A stretch of DNA of 48,157 nt from Candidatus Nanohalobium sp. (GTDB lineage: Archaea; Nanohalarchaeota; Nanosalinia; Nanosalinales; Nanosalinaceae). The position numbers and the translations under genes were made by a program. The stretch spans positions 1 to 48,157 of the forward strand of contig JBDGSL010000054.1 of assembly GCA_042217555.1 (NCBI GenBank). Direction: 5' to 3'. Positions 1-9,934 of the stretch are shown here, in pieces. The notes beneath the pieces were generated by a model that had not been told where the DNA came from, did no database searches, and worked only from the letters and a program-made list of their open reading frames with translations. Every line of letters begins with the position of its first letter. Position 1 is the stretch's first letter.

Positions 1-2
1 AT

Positions 3-38
3 TACGTCTGTGGTAGAGGAGGTCTTATTTCCCACAAT
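3..38 (+). mobile_element. C-terminal end of an intein in Cdc6
   Basis: In-frame YVCGRGGLISHN followed by Thr (39-41): block F/G pattern with HN|T junction, at the place where the Walker A GK|T is expected. Confidence 0.8.
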
Positions 39-1040
39 ACTTTGATTGTTAAGCATGTTGCTGAGGAGTTGAAGACTGTTGCGCAGGATAAGGAGATTGA
101 TCTTAATGTTCTGTATATTAACTGTAAGATGAAGAAGGTTGCGGATACTGAGTACCGTCTTCTGGCTAAGCTGGCGAGACAGCTAGGTGAGGATGTTCCT
201 TCGACAGGTCTGCCTACTGATGAGATTTATAACCGGTTTTTTGAGGCTTTGAAGGAGCAGAAAGGTGTTGTTATTATTGCGCTGGATGAGATCGATGCGT
301 TGGTTAAGAAGGTGGGGGATGAGTTTCTTTACAATCTTACGAGGATTAATGATGATCTGGATGAGACCAAGGTTTCTATTCTGGGCATCTCTAACGACTT
401 GAATTTCACTGAGTATATGGATTCTCGTGTTAAGTCTTCTCTGTCGGAGGAGGAGATTATTTTTCCTCCGTATAATGCTATTGAGTTGAGGGAGATACTT
501 CAGGATCGTACTGAGAAGGCTTTTGTTGATGATGCGTTGAAGGATGGTGTTATCTCGAAGTGTTCTGCTCTTGCTGCTCAGGAGCATGGTGATGCTCGTC
601 GGGCCCTGGATCTTTTGAGGGTTGCTGGTGAGCTTGCGGAGAGAGGTGAGAGTGATCAGGTGGTTAAGGATCATGTTGATAATGCGCAGGACAAGATTGA
701 GAGGGATAGAGTGGTTGAGACTGTTAGAAGCCAGCCTAAGCATTCGAAGCTTGTCTTGTATACTATACTGGAGATGACGGAGGATGAGGACAAGATCGCG
801 ACCGGTGATGTCTACAGCGAGTACAAGGAGCTGTGTGACGAGGTTGATGTCTCAGAGCTGACTCAGAGACGTGTTTCCGGCCTTATCTCGGAGCTTGATA
901 TGCTTGGTGTGATAAATGCCAAGGTTATATCCAAGGGCCGTTACGGGAGGACGCGTCAGATAAGTGTTGATCTGTCTGAAAATATACGTGAACAGCTTAA
1001 GGATATGGTAGAGGACAAGTTCTACCTGGAAGATGAGTAA
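3..1040 (+). CDS. cdc6: Orc1/Cdc6 replication initiator, 5'-truncated by window edge; first codons are the C-terminal end of an intein
   Basis: Walker B IIALDEID, sensor-1 GISND, HGDARRALDLLR, C-terminal wHTH ending ISKGRYGRTR. Frame is open from position 3 (YVCGRGGLISHN|TLIVKHV). Confidence 0.95.
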   Translation, partial: YVCGRGGLISHNTLIVKHVAEELKTVAQDKEIDLNVLYINCKMKKVADTEYRLLAKLARQLGEDVPSTGLPTDEIYNRFFEALKEQKGVVIIALDEIDALVKKVGDEFLYNLTRINDDLDETKVSILGISNDLNFTEYMDSRVKSSLSEEEIIFPPYNAIELREILQDRTEKAFVDDALKDGVISKCSALAAQEHGDARRALDLLRVAGELAERGESDQVVKDHVDNAQDKIERDRVVETVRSQPKHSKLVLYTILEMTEDEDKIATGDVYSEYKELCDEVDVSELTQRRVSGLISELDMLGVINAKVISKGRYGRTRQISVDLSENIREQLKDMVEDKFYLEDE

Positions 1041-1082
1041 AAACTTTTTGAATTTTGTTGCCTTGGGAGGGGATTTCGGTCT

Positions 1083-2624
1083 TTGAATGAAGAAGCAGTT
1101 AAACAGTTGACGCGGCAGGGTTGCATGGTTGAGAAAGATGCAGCTGAGGAAATTACAGAGGAGGATGTAGAGGCTATAAAGAGTCTTGATGCTACTCCGA
1201 TGTTTGTCTCTAAAGGCATGGTTGACAGGCTGAGGGATAAGAGAGAGCGTGATGTTTCTTCCGGAGGTTCGGTTAAAACAGTTCAGAAGCAAAAAGTCGA
1301 TGTGGAAGAAGTTCAGGATGAGGACAGTGAGCTGGCAGAGGAGTTCGAGAGAACAGGCTCCAATTTCTCCAAGGACAAGACCGTGACGATAAGGGATACC
1401 GGTTCAAGAGATGAGATAGAAACCAAGGTAGAGGTGATGGACAAGTCAGATATCACCAAGGAGGAGAAAGATGTACCGGAGTTCCTCAAGTACTACAACG
1501 ACCGTTACGACAGGATGAAGAAGCTGCTTACAAGAAGACAGGAGCTTCGTTCCGCTACTACTCTCAACAGGCTTGAGAGAAGAGACGAAGGCGACGAGGC
1601 TGCTACAGTAGGTTTTGTAAGAGACAAGTACTCCACGAACTCAGGTAAATACATAGTCGAGCTTGAGGACAAGACAGGGACTTTCAAGGCTCTTGTGGAT
1701 GAAAGAGAAGGTGATAGACTGGTTCCTGATGAAGTCATAGGTGTGAGAGGTAGTATGGGAGGCGATATAATCTACGCTGATTCAGTGATAAGGCCTGATC
1801 TCCCGATACCTCAGAACAGCACTAACTCCACGAAAGACAGGGTTCAGGCCGCTTATATCTCTGATTTCCATATGGGTTCGGAAGACACACTTCACAAGAG
1901 GCTTGACCGTTTTGCACACTGGCTTTCATCCGACAGCCACAGTATAGGATACGTTTTCATACTAGGTGACCTGGTCGAAGGTGTAGGTGTATACCCGGGA
2001 CAGGAGGACGAGCTGGAGGTAGCGGATATCTACAGGCAGTACGGCCTGTTTGAGGAATGGTTCCAGAAGATCCCGGAAGACATTCAGGTTATCGTAAGTC
2101 CAGGAAACCACGATATCACCCGGTTAGCGGAGCCTCAGCCAGGTTTCCCGGACGATGTTTTCCCTGAGATAGCAGATTACGACAACTTTCACCGTGTTCA
2201 AAACCCTCAGATGGTCCGTGTTCACGGTATAAGAAGTAAAGGTGTTAAGAACCTGATGTATCATGGTTACAGCTTCGATGATCACGTTGACAGGATAAAG
2301 GAACTCAGGGAGAAAGCATACGACGAACCTCACCACGTCATGATCGACCTGTTGAAGAGAAGACACCTGGCTCCGACGTACGGAAGCAACATGCTTTCAC
2401 CAGAAGGAAAGGACAACCTCGTGATAGAGGAAAAACCTGACGTCATGGTCTCAGGGCACTTCCACAGCCACGCAAACAGTACATATAAAGGAGTCAACGT
2501 CATCTGCGCATCCACCTTCCAGGCCCAGACAGACTTCCAGAAACGAGTCGGCCACGAACCCGACCCAGGAAAAGTCACAGTACTCGACTTGAAAACACGT
2601 AAGACAGAGGTGAAACAGTTCTAA
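1083..2624 (+). CDS. polB: DNA polymerase D small (proofreading exonuclease) subunit DP1
   Basis: OB-fold, then calcineurin-like motifs SDFHMG, GDLVEG, GNHD, YHG, GHFH; GVGVYPGQ and RRHLAPTYG signatures; lies between cdc6 and DP2. Confidence 0.95.
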   Translation: MNEEAVKQLTRQGCMVEKDAAEEITEEDVEAIKSLDATPMFVSKGMVDRLRDKRERDVSSGGSVKTVQKQKVDVEEVQDEDSELAEEFERTGSNFSKDKTVTIRDTGSRDEIETKVEVMDKSDITKEEKDVPEFLKYYNDRYDRMKKLLTRRQELRSATTLNRLERRDEGDEAATVGFVRDKYSTNSGKYIVELEDKTGTFKALVDEREGDRLVPDEVIGVRGSMGGDIIYADSVIRPDLPIPQNSTNSTKDRVQAAYISDFHMGSEDTLHKRLDRFAHWLSSDSHSIGYVFILGDLVEGVGVYPGQEDELEVADIYRQYGLFEEWFQKIPEDIQVIVSPGNHDITRLAEPQPGFPDDVFPEIADYDNFHRVQNPQMVRVHGIRSKGVKNLMYHGYSFDDHVDRIKELREKAYDEPHHVMIDLLKRRHLAPTYGSNMLSPEGKDNLVIEEKPDVMVSGHFHSHANSTYKGVNVICASTFQAQTDFQKRVGHEPDPGKVTVLDLKTRKTEVKQF

Positions 2625-2691
2625 TGGGCGTAGTTTCGCGACGAGAAATAGAGCGTTCAGAGGAACGCACTCCGCAAATTGGTGATATTTC

Positions 2692-5600
2692 ATGGATGTA
2701 GACGACTACTTCAACCGTTTGAGAGAAGAGACTGATAAGGCGTACGATCTTGCTGAGAAGGCGCGTGACCAGTCAAAGGACCCTGAGCAGCGTATCGACA
2801 TACCTATTGCCACAGATCTCCCTGAGAAGGCATCCAGCCTGGTCATAGCCGCTATGTTTGAGGAGCTTGAGGATCAAGGTGTTGCGGAGAGGATAAGGGA
2901 TCTTGAAGACGAGTACGGTAAAAACGATGAGAGAGTGTCGTTCCAGATCGCCAGGGAGATTGCAGAGGGAGAGTTCTACGAGTTTGAGTCAAAGGAGAGG
3001 GCCTGCGACGCAGGGATAAGGGTAGGAGTCTCCTACATGACGGGAGGAATCACTACAGCGCCTCTTGAAGGTATAGGCGACATAAAGATCCGGGAAAACG
3101 ACGACGGCAGTGAGTACCTGGCTGTGTACTACTCCGGACCTATCAGATCTGCCGGAGGAACCGCTTCCGCCATGAGCGTCTTGCTTGCGGACTACGTCAG
3201 GATAGGCGTGGGTCTGGACAGGTTCAAGCCTTCAGAGACTGTCGTGAAAAGATATGCTACAGAGGTCGAGGACTACTACAACCGTGTTACAGCCAAGCAG
3301 TACAACCCTACGCGTGAAGAGACGGAGAAGATCGCGTCTAACGTTCCGGTTGAAGTTACAGGGTCTCCGACAGAGGATCTCGACGTCTCGAACTACAAGG
3401 ATCTTGACCGTATAGACACTAACAGGATCAGAGGTGGTATGTGCCTCGTATACCTCGACGGTCTCCCGTTGAAGGCTCCGAAGATAAAGAAACGTATCAA
3501 GAAATGGGGAGAGGAGTTCGGGCTTGAGCACTGGGAGTGGGTGAAGGATTATCTGGAGCTTCAGAAAGAGATCCACTCCTCAGAGGATGAAGAAGATGAA
3601 GATGCTGATGAGGACTCGAAGAAAGAAGAATACACTCCAAGCGACAAGTACCTTGGCTCTCTCACTGCAGGAAGACCTGTGTTTGCTCACCCTGGCAGGA
3701 AAGGAGGTTTCCGTCTTCGCTACGGTCATTCCAGGACCAACGGTCTGGCCGCAACAAGCTTTCATCCGGCGACTATGGAGATAACAGAGCGTTTCCTGGC
3801 CATAGGAACCCAGATGAAGATGGAGTACCCTGGAAAGGCGACTGTAGGTACGCCATGCGACGCAGTACATCCACCGGTTGTCAGGCTGGATAACGGCGAT
3901 GTTGTGAAGGTTGAGACACGTGAAAAGGCCCGTGAACTGGAGAAAAAGATAGAAAAAATTCTTTTCCTCGGCGATGTGCTTGTTCCGTACGGTGAGTTTG
4001 TGGAGAACGGCAAGAAGCTGCTGCCATCTCCCTACGTCGAGGAGTGGTGGGAGAAAGAGCTGGAGAAGGCTCTGGAGGAGCAGGACGTCAAGCTTGGCAA
4101 GAGCTTTGACGGCAGAACGCCGACACCCGAGGAAGCGTTCAAGATAAGCGATGTACTAGGCATTCCGCTGCATCCGCGCTGGCAGTACCACTGGAACGAG
4201 ACCTCTCCAGACAGGTTCAGATCTCTGTTTGAGGAGATAAATGAAGGAAATATCGAAACTCAGAAAGCAAAGAACTGCCTTGAAGACATACTTGTAGAGC
4301 ACAGAACAGATGAGGACGAGATCAGGGTTCGGGAGGACGACCTGAAAGTTCTGAAGAAGCTTCTCAGAGTTGATGAAGATTACTCAGATGATCTGGAAGG
4401 CCTTGAGAATGGTGAAGATGTACAGGAGTTTGTCTCGGAGATTTCGGGCTACGAGCACAGGGACCAGGCACCTCACTACATCGGAGGAAGGATGGGCCGA
4501 CCGGAAAAGGCGGAGAAAAGGACCTTGAACGGTGATCCACAGCTGCTGTTCCCCTGTGGAAAAGAGGAAGGTGGCAGGATGCGCAACATCTCCGCCTCAT
4601 ACACTCAGACGATGCACGGCGAGCAGGGCATCGTCAAGGAATCCATAATCCATAATAAGTGCCCTGAGTGCGGCGAGATGACATACTACTCTTTCTGCCG
4701 TGACTGTGGTGTTCCTGCAGAGGAGAGATGGTTCTGCACCGACTGCGGCAAGGAGTTCGAGGAGGAACAGGAGTCCTGCTCCAGCTGCGGTAACGAAAGA
4801 TTCAACAGGTACAGAAACACAGAGATAGACGTCCAGGAACTGATGGATAACTCACTGGAGAACCTGGACATGAACCAGCCTCCTGAGCTCCTGAAATCCT
4901 TCAGAGGAATGACATCGAAGCACAAGCATGTGGAACCGATTGAGAAAGGTCTTCTCAGGGAGAAATACGGCCTATACGTCAACAAGGATGCAACCGTAAG
5001 ATACGACGCCTCTGACCTTCCGATGACCCATTTCAAGCCGAAGGAGATCAATGTATCCGTGGAGAAGCTGCGTGAGATCGGGTACGATCAGGATTACAGG
5101 GGAGAACCTCTGCAAAGACGTGATCAGATCGTTGAGCTGAAGCCCCAGGATATAATCATTCCTGACAGCGACAAGACCCTTTCCGCAGCGAACTACATGA
5201 TGAAGGTATGCGACTTTGTTGACGATCTGCTGGAGCAGTTCTACGACCTTCCTCCGTTCTACGAGATGGAAGATAAGGAGGATCTTGTGGGAGAACTCGT
5301 AATCGGACTGGCCCCACACACATCCGGAGGAACCGTTGGACGTATAATAGGGTTCACAGACGCCAAAGGCATCTACGCTCACCCTTACTGGCACGCAGGG
5401 AAGAGAAGGAACTGTTTCCATCCAGAAACAGAAATTGAATTTAGAGATGAGAAAGGTTGGCAGAAAAAGAGGATTGACGAGTTTGTTGAGGAAAGAATTT
5501 CTAACCCAAGGGAAGACGATTTCGGAAATAAGATAGAGGAAGATGTAGAAAATGTCACGGTAAAATCCGTTAATAAAGAAGGTGAAAAAGTAGAGAAAGA

Positions 5601-8151
5601 AGTGCAAGCAGTTTCTAAACATCAGAACACGGAATTACTGAAGATAACTACTGAGACAGGCCATTCGATAAAGGTAACTCCTGATCACAAAATGCAGGTG
5701 TTCAATAAGGATAAGGTAGAGAAGATTCGGGCTAAGAACTTGAATGAAGGTGACGCAATACCGGTCGTGGAAGAAGAGGTTAGGAAAGCTGAAGTAGACT
5801 CTATAGAACCTGTAAATGAAGAAATAGAAAATACGTACTGCCTGACTGTAAAAGACACTCATTCGGTAATAGTTAACGGTATTGGAACAGGACAATGTGA
5901 TGGAGACGAAGACGCCATATTGATGATGATGGACGGCCTTCTGAACTTCTCTAGACAGTTCTTGCCGGACATGACAGGAGCGCGTAGTATTACCAAAGAT
6001 ACGCGGCTAGTGGTCAGGAGAAATGGCGAGGTCAGAGCGCCGAGAGCTGATGAACTTATTGACGAAATTCTTGATAATGAAGGGTTTGAAACCAGGGAAG
6101 ACGGCTTTGAGGTCAACAGAGATTTCAGTGATGACATCGAGGCCGTCTCGTTTGACAGAGATTCCGGTGAGGTCGAGTTCAGGGATGTTTCTGCGTTGAT
6201 CAGGCATGAGAACGATAAAGAGGTCTTTGAGGTCAATACCTCGCGTGGAAAGATTTCCGTGACTGGTGATCACAGTGTTTTCGTCACGGAGGGAGATGAG
6301 ATTGAGGCCAGGCCTGTCAGGGAGCTCGAGGAGGGAGACTGTATAGTAGTTCCTTCTAACCCTGAGCTGGAGGCTGAAGGTCTTGAAGATGAGATTGATT
6401 TATTTGAGCTGCTGCCGGACGATGAATGCTATGTGAAGGTTCCTGAGGATGAACTCGAGGAACTGGGTCCGGAGATCAAGGCCGAAGCAGGAGAAGAGGT
6501 AAAGGATGAGTATGGAGAGCACAATATATACAGGTACAGGACAGGTAGAAGGGATGCTCCCCTGGAGTTCTACAGGGATGTCGGTGTAGTACCTTCCTGC
6601 AAGGTCAGGCTGAGAGCCAATACCGATCCTGTGTACAGGTTCATCGAGAACTCGGCAGAGCTTTACCGCCTGCTGGGCTACCTGCTTTCCGAAGGCGACC
6701 TGGACAGGGGAAGGATTACAAATACTGGCGAAGACGTGATTGAAGACGTCGAGCACTGCATACGTGAGCTTACCGGTGTAGATCCAAGGACGCACGTGGA
6801 CAACAGAGACGGAAAAAAGAAATGCTACTGGGTCGATACTCCTGCGGTTCTGATGCGGGCTCTGGAAGAGTTAGGCCTTGAAAGGGAGAAGTTCGACGAA
6901 AAAAGCATACCTTCGTTTGTGTTCGGAGCCGAAGAAGAGAAAGTGGAGGAGTTCATACAGGCCTATCGTGCGGGAGACGGCTCGATCTACGGGGAGAAAG
7001 GTTTCTCCAAGCTCTACACGAAGAGCGGCGAGATGGCCACACAGCTCTCACTGCTTGTCAGGAAACTGGGCTTCAAGTCTTCGACCAGACAGGCGGGCGA
7101 GACGTGGGAGGTCCTTTATTCCGAATGGACTGACAAGGATCCTTACTGGCCTCTCTGGGACGTTCTTGATGAAGGCAGAGAAGTGCTCAGAGAAGAAGGT
7201 GCTGATTATGAGGAGATAAAGCAGTCTTTCTCCAATGACAGGAAGAACGACAGGATGAAAACTGCATCCAAACAGAGAGTAGAGGAACTTTACGGTAAAG
7301 GCCTTGATTCGCTGGAAAAGCCAGTCGAGGAGGATGTATCTGTTGAGAGAGTTAAGGAAGTGGAGAGGGGGGATTACGGCGATGACTATGTTTATGATCT
7401 GGAGGTTCCAGGGAACCAGAACTTCCTGTGTGGTCCACATCCTGTATTCGCACACAACACCATGGATGCGCCGTTAATCCTCTCTACGGTTTTGAATCCT
7501 GATGAGGTCGACGATGAGGCGTGGGCGATTGAGACTGTTGATGAGTATCCGCTAGGTTTCTACGAGGAGACACAGGAGTACAAGGAGCCGTGGGATTTGA
7601 ATGTAGATATTGAGATCGGTGAGGATATTGTGCATAGTGATGAGCCTTTTAGGCACGGCTTCACGCATGATTCCTCGGATGTGGAGAACGGCCCGGTCCA
7701 GTCCGAGTACGTTACACTGGATGAGATGAGTGAGAAGACTTCTGCTCAGCTGGGTCTTGGTGAGAAGACGCTTGCGGCTGATGAGGATGCTACTGCCGAG
7801 CTTTTGCTTCAGAAGCATTTTTTGCCGGATATCCGAGGTAATCTGCGTTCTTTTTCTTCTCAGGAGATGCGTTGCGTTGACTGCAACGAGAAGTTCAGGC
7901 GTGTTCCTTTGACCAACCAGACGATTGCGCCTTCGGGTAAGACTACTGCTCAGTGCCCTGAGTGCGGTGGCAAGGTTCTGTTGACGATTTCGGAGGGAAC
8001 TATCAAGAAGTACATGCAGCCTTCGAAGGATATTATTGATGAGTATGAGATCAGTCCGTATATGCGGCAGCAGATTATTATTCTGAATAAGACGTTGCAG
8101 AGCCTGTTTGGTAAGGATCAGCGTCAGAGCGGTTTGAAGCAGTTTACATAG
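2692..8151 (+). CDS. polC: DNA polymerase D large subunit DP2 with two inteins
   Basis: GPIRSAGGT, GGFRLRYG, GGRMGRPEKA, Zn-finger Cys clusters, catalytic KRRN..CDGDED, MDAPL, C-terminal PIP-like QSGLKQF. Confidence 0.97.
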   Translation: MDVDDYFNRLREETDKAYDLAEKARDQSKDPEQRIDIPIATDLPEKASSLVIAAMFEELEDQGVAERIRDLEDEYGKNDERVSFQIAREIAEGEFYEFESKERACDAGIRVGVSYMTGGITTAPLEGIGDIKIRENDDGSEYLAVYYSGPIRSAGGTASAMSVLLADYVRIGVGLDRFKPSETVVKRYATEVEDYYNRVTAKQYNPTREETEKIASNVPVEVTGSPTEDLDVSNYKDLDRIDTNRIRGGMCLVYLDGLPLKAPKIKKRIKKWGEEFGLEHWEWVKDYLELQKEIHSSEDEEDEDADEDSKKEEYTPSDKYLGSLTAGRPVFAHPGRKGGFRLRYGHSRTNGLAATSFHPATMEITERFLAIGTQMKMEYPGKATVGTPCDAVHPPVVRLDNGDVVKVETREKARELEKKIEKILFLGDVLVPYGEFVENGKKLLPSPYVEEWWEKELEKALEEQDVKLGKSFDGRTPTPEEAFKISDVLGIPLHPRWQYHWNETSPDRFRSLFEEINEGNIETQKAKNCLEDILVEHRTDEDEIRVREDDLKVLKKLLRVDEDYSDDLEGLENGEDVQEFVSEISGYEHRDQAPHYIGGRMGRPEKAEKRTLNGDPQLLFPCGKEEGGRMRNISASYTQTMHGEQGIVKESIIHNKCPECGEMTYYSFCRDCGVPAEERWFCTDCGKEFEEEQESCSSCGNERFNRYRNTEIDVQELMDNSLENLDMNQPPELLKSFRGMTSKHKHVEPIEKGLLREKYGLYVNKDATVRYDASDLPMTHFKPKEINVSVEKLREIGYDQDYRGEPLQRRDQIVELKPQDIIIPDSDKTLSAANYMMKVCDFVDDLLEQFYDLPPFYEMEDKEDLVGELVIGLAPHTSGGTVGRIIGFTDAKGIYAHPYWHAGKRRNCFHPETEIEFRDEKGWQKKRIDEFVEERISNPREDDFGNKIEEDVENVTVKSVNKEGEKVEKEVQAVSKHQNTELLKITTETGHSIKVTPDHKMQVFNKDKVEKIRAKNLNEGDAIPVVEEEVRKAEVDSIEPVNEEIENTYCLTVKDTHSVIVNGIGTGQCDGDEDAILMMMDGLLNFSRQFLPDMTGARSITKDTRLVVRRNGEVRAPRADELIDEILDNEGFETREDGFEVNRDFSDDIEAVSFDRDSGEVEFRDVSALIRHENDKEVFEVNTSRGKISVTGDHSVFVTEGDEIEARPVRELEEGDCIVVPSNPELEAEGLEDEIDLFELLPDDECYVKVPEDELEELGPEIKAEAGEEVKDEYGEHNIYRYRTGRRDAPLEFYRDVGVVPSCKVRLRANTDPVYRFIENSAELYRLLGYLLSEGDLDRGRITNTGEDVIEDVEHCIRELTGVDPRTHVDNRDGKKKCYWVDTPAVLMRALEELGLEREKFDEKSIPSFVFGAEEEKVEEFIQAYRAGDGSIYGEKGFSKLYTKSGEMATQLSLLVRKLGFKSSTRQAGETWEVLYSEWTDKDPYWPLWDVLDEGREVLREEGADYEEIKQSFSNDRKNDRMKTASKQRVEELYGKGLDSLEKPVEEDVSVERVKEVERGDYGDDYVYDLEVPGNQNFLCGPHPVFAHNTMDAPLILSTVLNPDEVDDEAWAIETVDEYPLGFYEETQEYKEPWDLNVDIEIGEDIVHSDEPFRHGFTHDSSDVENGPVQSEYVTLDEMSEKTSAQLGLGEKTLAADEDATAELLLQKHFLPDIRGNLRSFSSQEMRCVDCNEKFRRVPLTNQTIAPSGKTTAQCPECGGKVLLTISEGTIKKYMQPSKDIIDEYEISPYMRQQIIILNKTLQSLFGKDQRQSGLKQFT
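5413..5895 (+). mobile_element. Mini-intein (161 aa, Cys1...Gln) in DP2
   Basis: GKRRN|CFHPETEI...VTPDHK...YCLTV...NGIGTGQ|CDGDED. No endonuclease domain; more AT-rich than the flanks. Confidence 0.93.
5986..7458 (+). mobile_element. Full-length intein (491 aa, Ser1...His-Asn) with LAGLIDADG homing endonuclease in DP2
   Basis: PDMTGAR|SITKDT...SVTGDHSVF...LLGYLLSEGD...FIQAYRAGDGS...YVYDLEV..NFL..FAHN|TMDAPL. Confidence 0.93.
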
Positions 8152-8214
8152 AGAATTTTTTGATGGAGGTGAGAGGGCTAGGTTTTTAGGTTTTCGAGTG
8201 TATGAGTATTTATT

Positions 8215-8745
8215 ATGGCAGAACAAGTTCCGATTAAGGAGGTTATGACTGATGGTGTTATCGCGATTGAAAAGGATAAGAGTATTGTTGAAGCCTCCCA
8301 GCTTCTTGAAGATGAGGAGATAAGAGGCCTGATAGTTGTTGACGGCGGTGAGGCAGTGGGTGTTATCGTCTGCAGGGATATAGCCTACCAGGTTGTGGCT
8401 GAAGGTAAGGATCCTGCTGACACCTCTGTTGAAGAGGTTATGAGCAGTGATCTGATTGTTGCAGAGGAAGATGAAGTCCTCAACGATATAGCGATGGCGA
8501 TGGTCAGAAACGATGTCTCACGTGTGCCTGTAGTCAGGGAGGATATGCTGGTAGGTATTGTCACACAGAGTGATATCCTGAGGGCGTGGCCTGGCTTCGC
8601 AGAGATCATGGAGGAAGAGGAAGAGCTTGAGGCAGAAGCATCTCCACGGCCTGAGACACGTTCCGGTTACTGTGAATCCTGTGAGAACTACTCCGAAGAC
8701 CTGCAGAAGGTTGAAGGGATGTGGGTCTGTCCGGAGTGTAGGTAA
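8215..8745 (+). CDS. CBS-pair protein with C-terminal zinc ribbon
   Basis: Two CBS domains (VMT..., RVPVV..LVGIVTQSDIL) and CESC...CPEC. Confidence 0.88.
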   Translation: MAEQVPIKEVMTDGVIAIEKDKSIVEASQLLEDEEIRGLIVVDGGEAVGVIVCRDIAYQVVAEGKDPADTSVEEVMSSDLIVAEEDEVLNDIAMAMVRNDVSRVPVVREDMLVGIVTQSDILRAWPGFAEIMEEEEELEAEASPRPETRSGYCESCENYSEDLQKVEGMWVCPECR

Positions 8746-8830
8746 GAAACCGGGTTTTTTCTTCCTTCTTTCTTTTTTCTACGATACTTTTTTACCTAGG
8801 TCTCTGGTTAATTGTTTTTTGTGTATCGGG

Positions 8831-9286
8831 ATGAAGATTGTTGAGGATGTTGTGAGACGCCGGCAGACTTTGAAGGTTGAGAGCCCTGAGACTGCGTATT
8901 CTGAGTTGAGAGATCTTCTTAACCACAGGGTTTCGCTTAACCATGTCCATGAGGAGAAGTACTACCATGATGTGGATGAAGGCGTGGTCAGGGCTAAGAT
9001 AGAGGCTGATGTAGGTTTCGACCGTTTCACTGTGGGTAAACATGAGATATTTGTGACTATTGACAGGGAGAGCCGGAAGCTTGATATACAGATAAAGGGG
9101 AAGCTGCAGACGTCTTATCCAACGGAGAAGCCATGGCAGGGCAATCTCTGGTATTACGCTTATCGGTCTCTTTTCGACAAGTTTCTTTACGGCAGTGTAA
9201 GAGAAGGCTATGAGCATGCTGTTGAGGACAAGGTTGATGAGATACTTGAGCGCGTGAGAGAGACACTGGAGGTTGATAACAGGTGA
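8831..9286 (+). CDS. Hypothetical protein, paralog 1 of a tandem trio
   Basis: Acidic ORF, ATG at 8831 after a T-rich tract; C-terminal aromatic helix similar to the next two ORFs. Confidence 0.75.
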   Translation: MKIVEDVVRRRQTLKVESPETAYSELRDLLNHRVSLNHVHEEKYYHDVDEGVVRAKIEADVGFDRFTVGKHEIFVTIDRESRKLDIQIKGKLQTSYPTEKPWQGNLWYYAYRSLFDKFLYGSVREGYEHAVEDKVDEILERVRETLEVDNR

Positions 9287-9928
9287 ATGCATTGGGAGGT
9301 GTTAAAGGTGGTTAAGTTCACGGAAGATGTTTTCCACAAACAGGACCACTACTTTGTCAGGGAGGATCCTGCAAGGATCTACAGGGGTTTGAAGGATTTA
9401 CTGGTGGAGGAGTTCGGTATTGACCGTATAGAGGAGGCCAAGAACGAGTTCTCTGTTTCAAGTCCGAAGGACAAGATAAGGATGCATGCTTTCAAGGAGA
9501 AAAGCCCTCACACAGTGATACATTACAACCTGCAGTTCCGTGTTAAAAGCCCTAAAAGAATTTACAAGATGGAGCGTTCTGAAGACATACTTAAGGCACG
9601 GGTGAAGACTTCAGCCGAGGTAATCACGCGTTATCCCAGCTATGAGGATATTTCCTGGCTTCCAGATCCTCCCAGGGAGGTGCCGGGCCGTAACGTTGGA
9701 AAGTCCGGTTTGAAGGCGGAAGAGGTCTCCCGTTTCCAGAGGTCTAAGCTTTACAAGGTACTGGTCGGTGTATGGTACAACAAGTTCTACAGCAAAGAGA
9801 TAGAAAGGTACGAGGAGGAGGCAGAGGAAACCCTTCTGCATCTTCACGATCTTATGAGGGAGAAGTTTGGAGTGCAAAAAACCATTGGTAGAAGCGATGC
9901 GTCGCATTACAGGCCCCCGTGGAAGTGA
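9287..9928 (+). CDS. Hypothetical protein, paralog 2 (start may be GTG 9308)
   Basis: Operonic ORF; GGAGGTG SD upstream of 9308. Confidence 0.75.
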   Translation: MHWEVLKVVKFTEDVFHKQDHYFVREDPARIYRGLKDLLVEEFGIDRIEEAKNEFSVSSPKDKIRMHAFKEKSPHTVIHYNLQFRVKSPKRIYKMERSEDILKARVKTSAEVITRYPSYEDISWLPDPPREVPGRNVGKSGLKAEEVSRFQRSKLYKVLVGVWYNKFYSKEIERYEEEAEETLLHLHDLMREKFGVQKTIGRSDASHYRPPWK

Positions 9929-9934
9929 TGAAAA

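Noticed and set aside
1040..1082. ORB-type origin next to cdc6
   Set aside because: No ORB-like motif downstream; the upstream region is outside the window.
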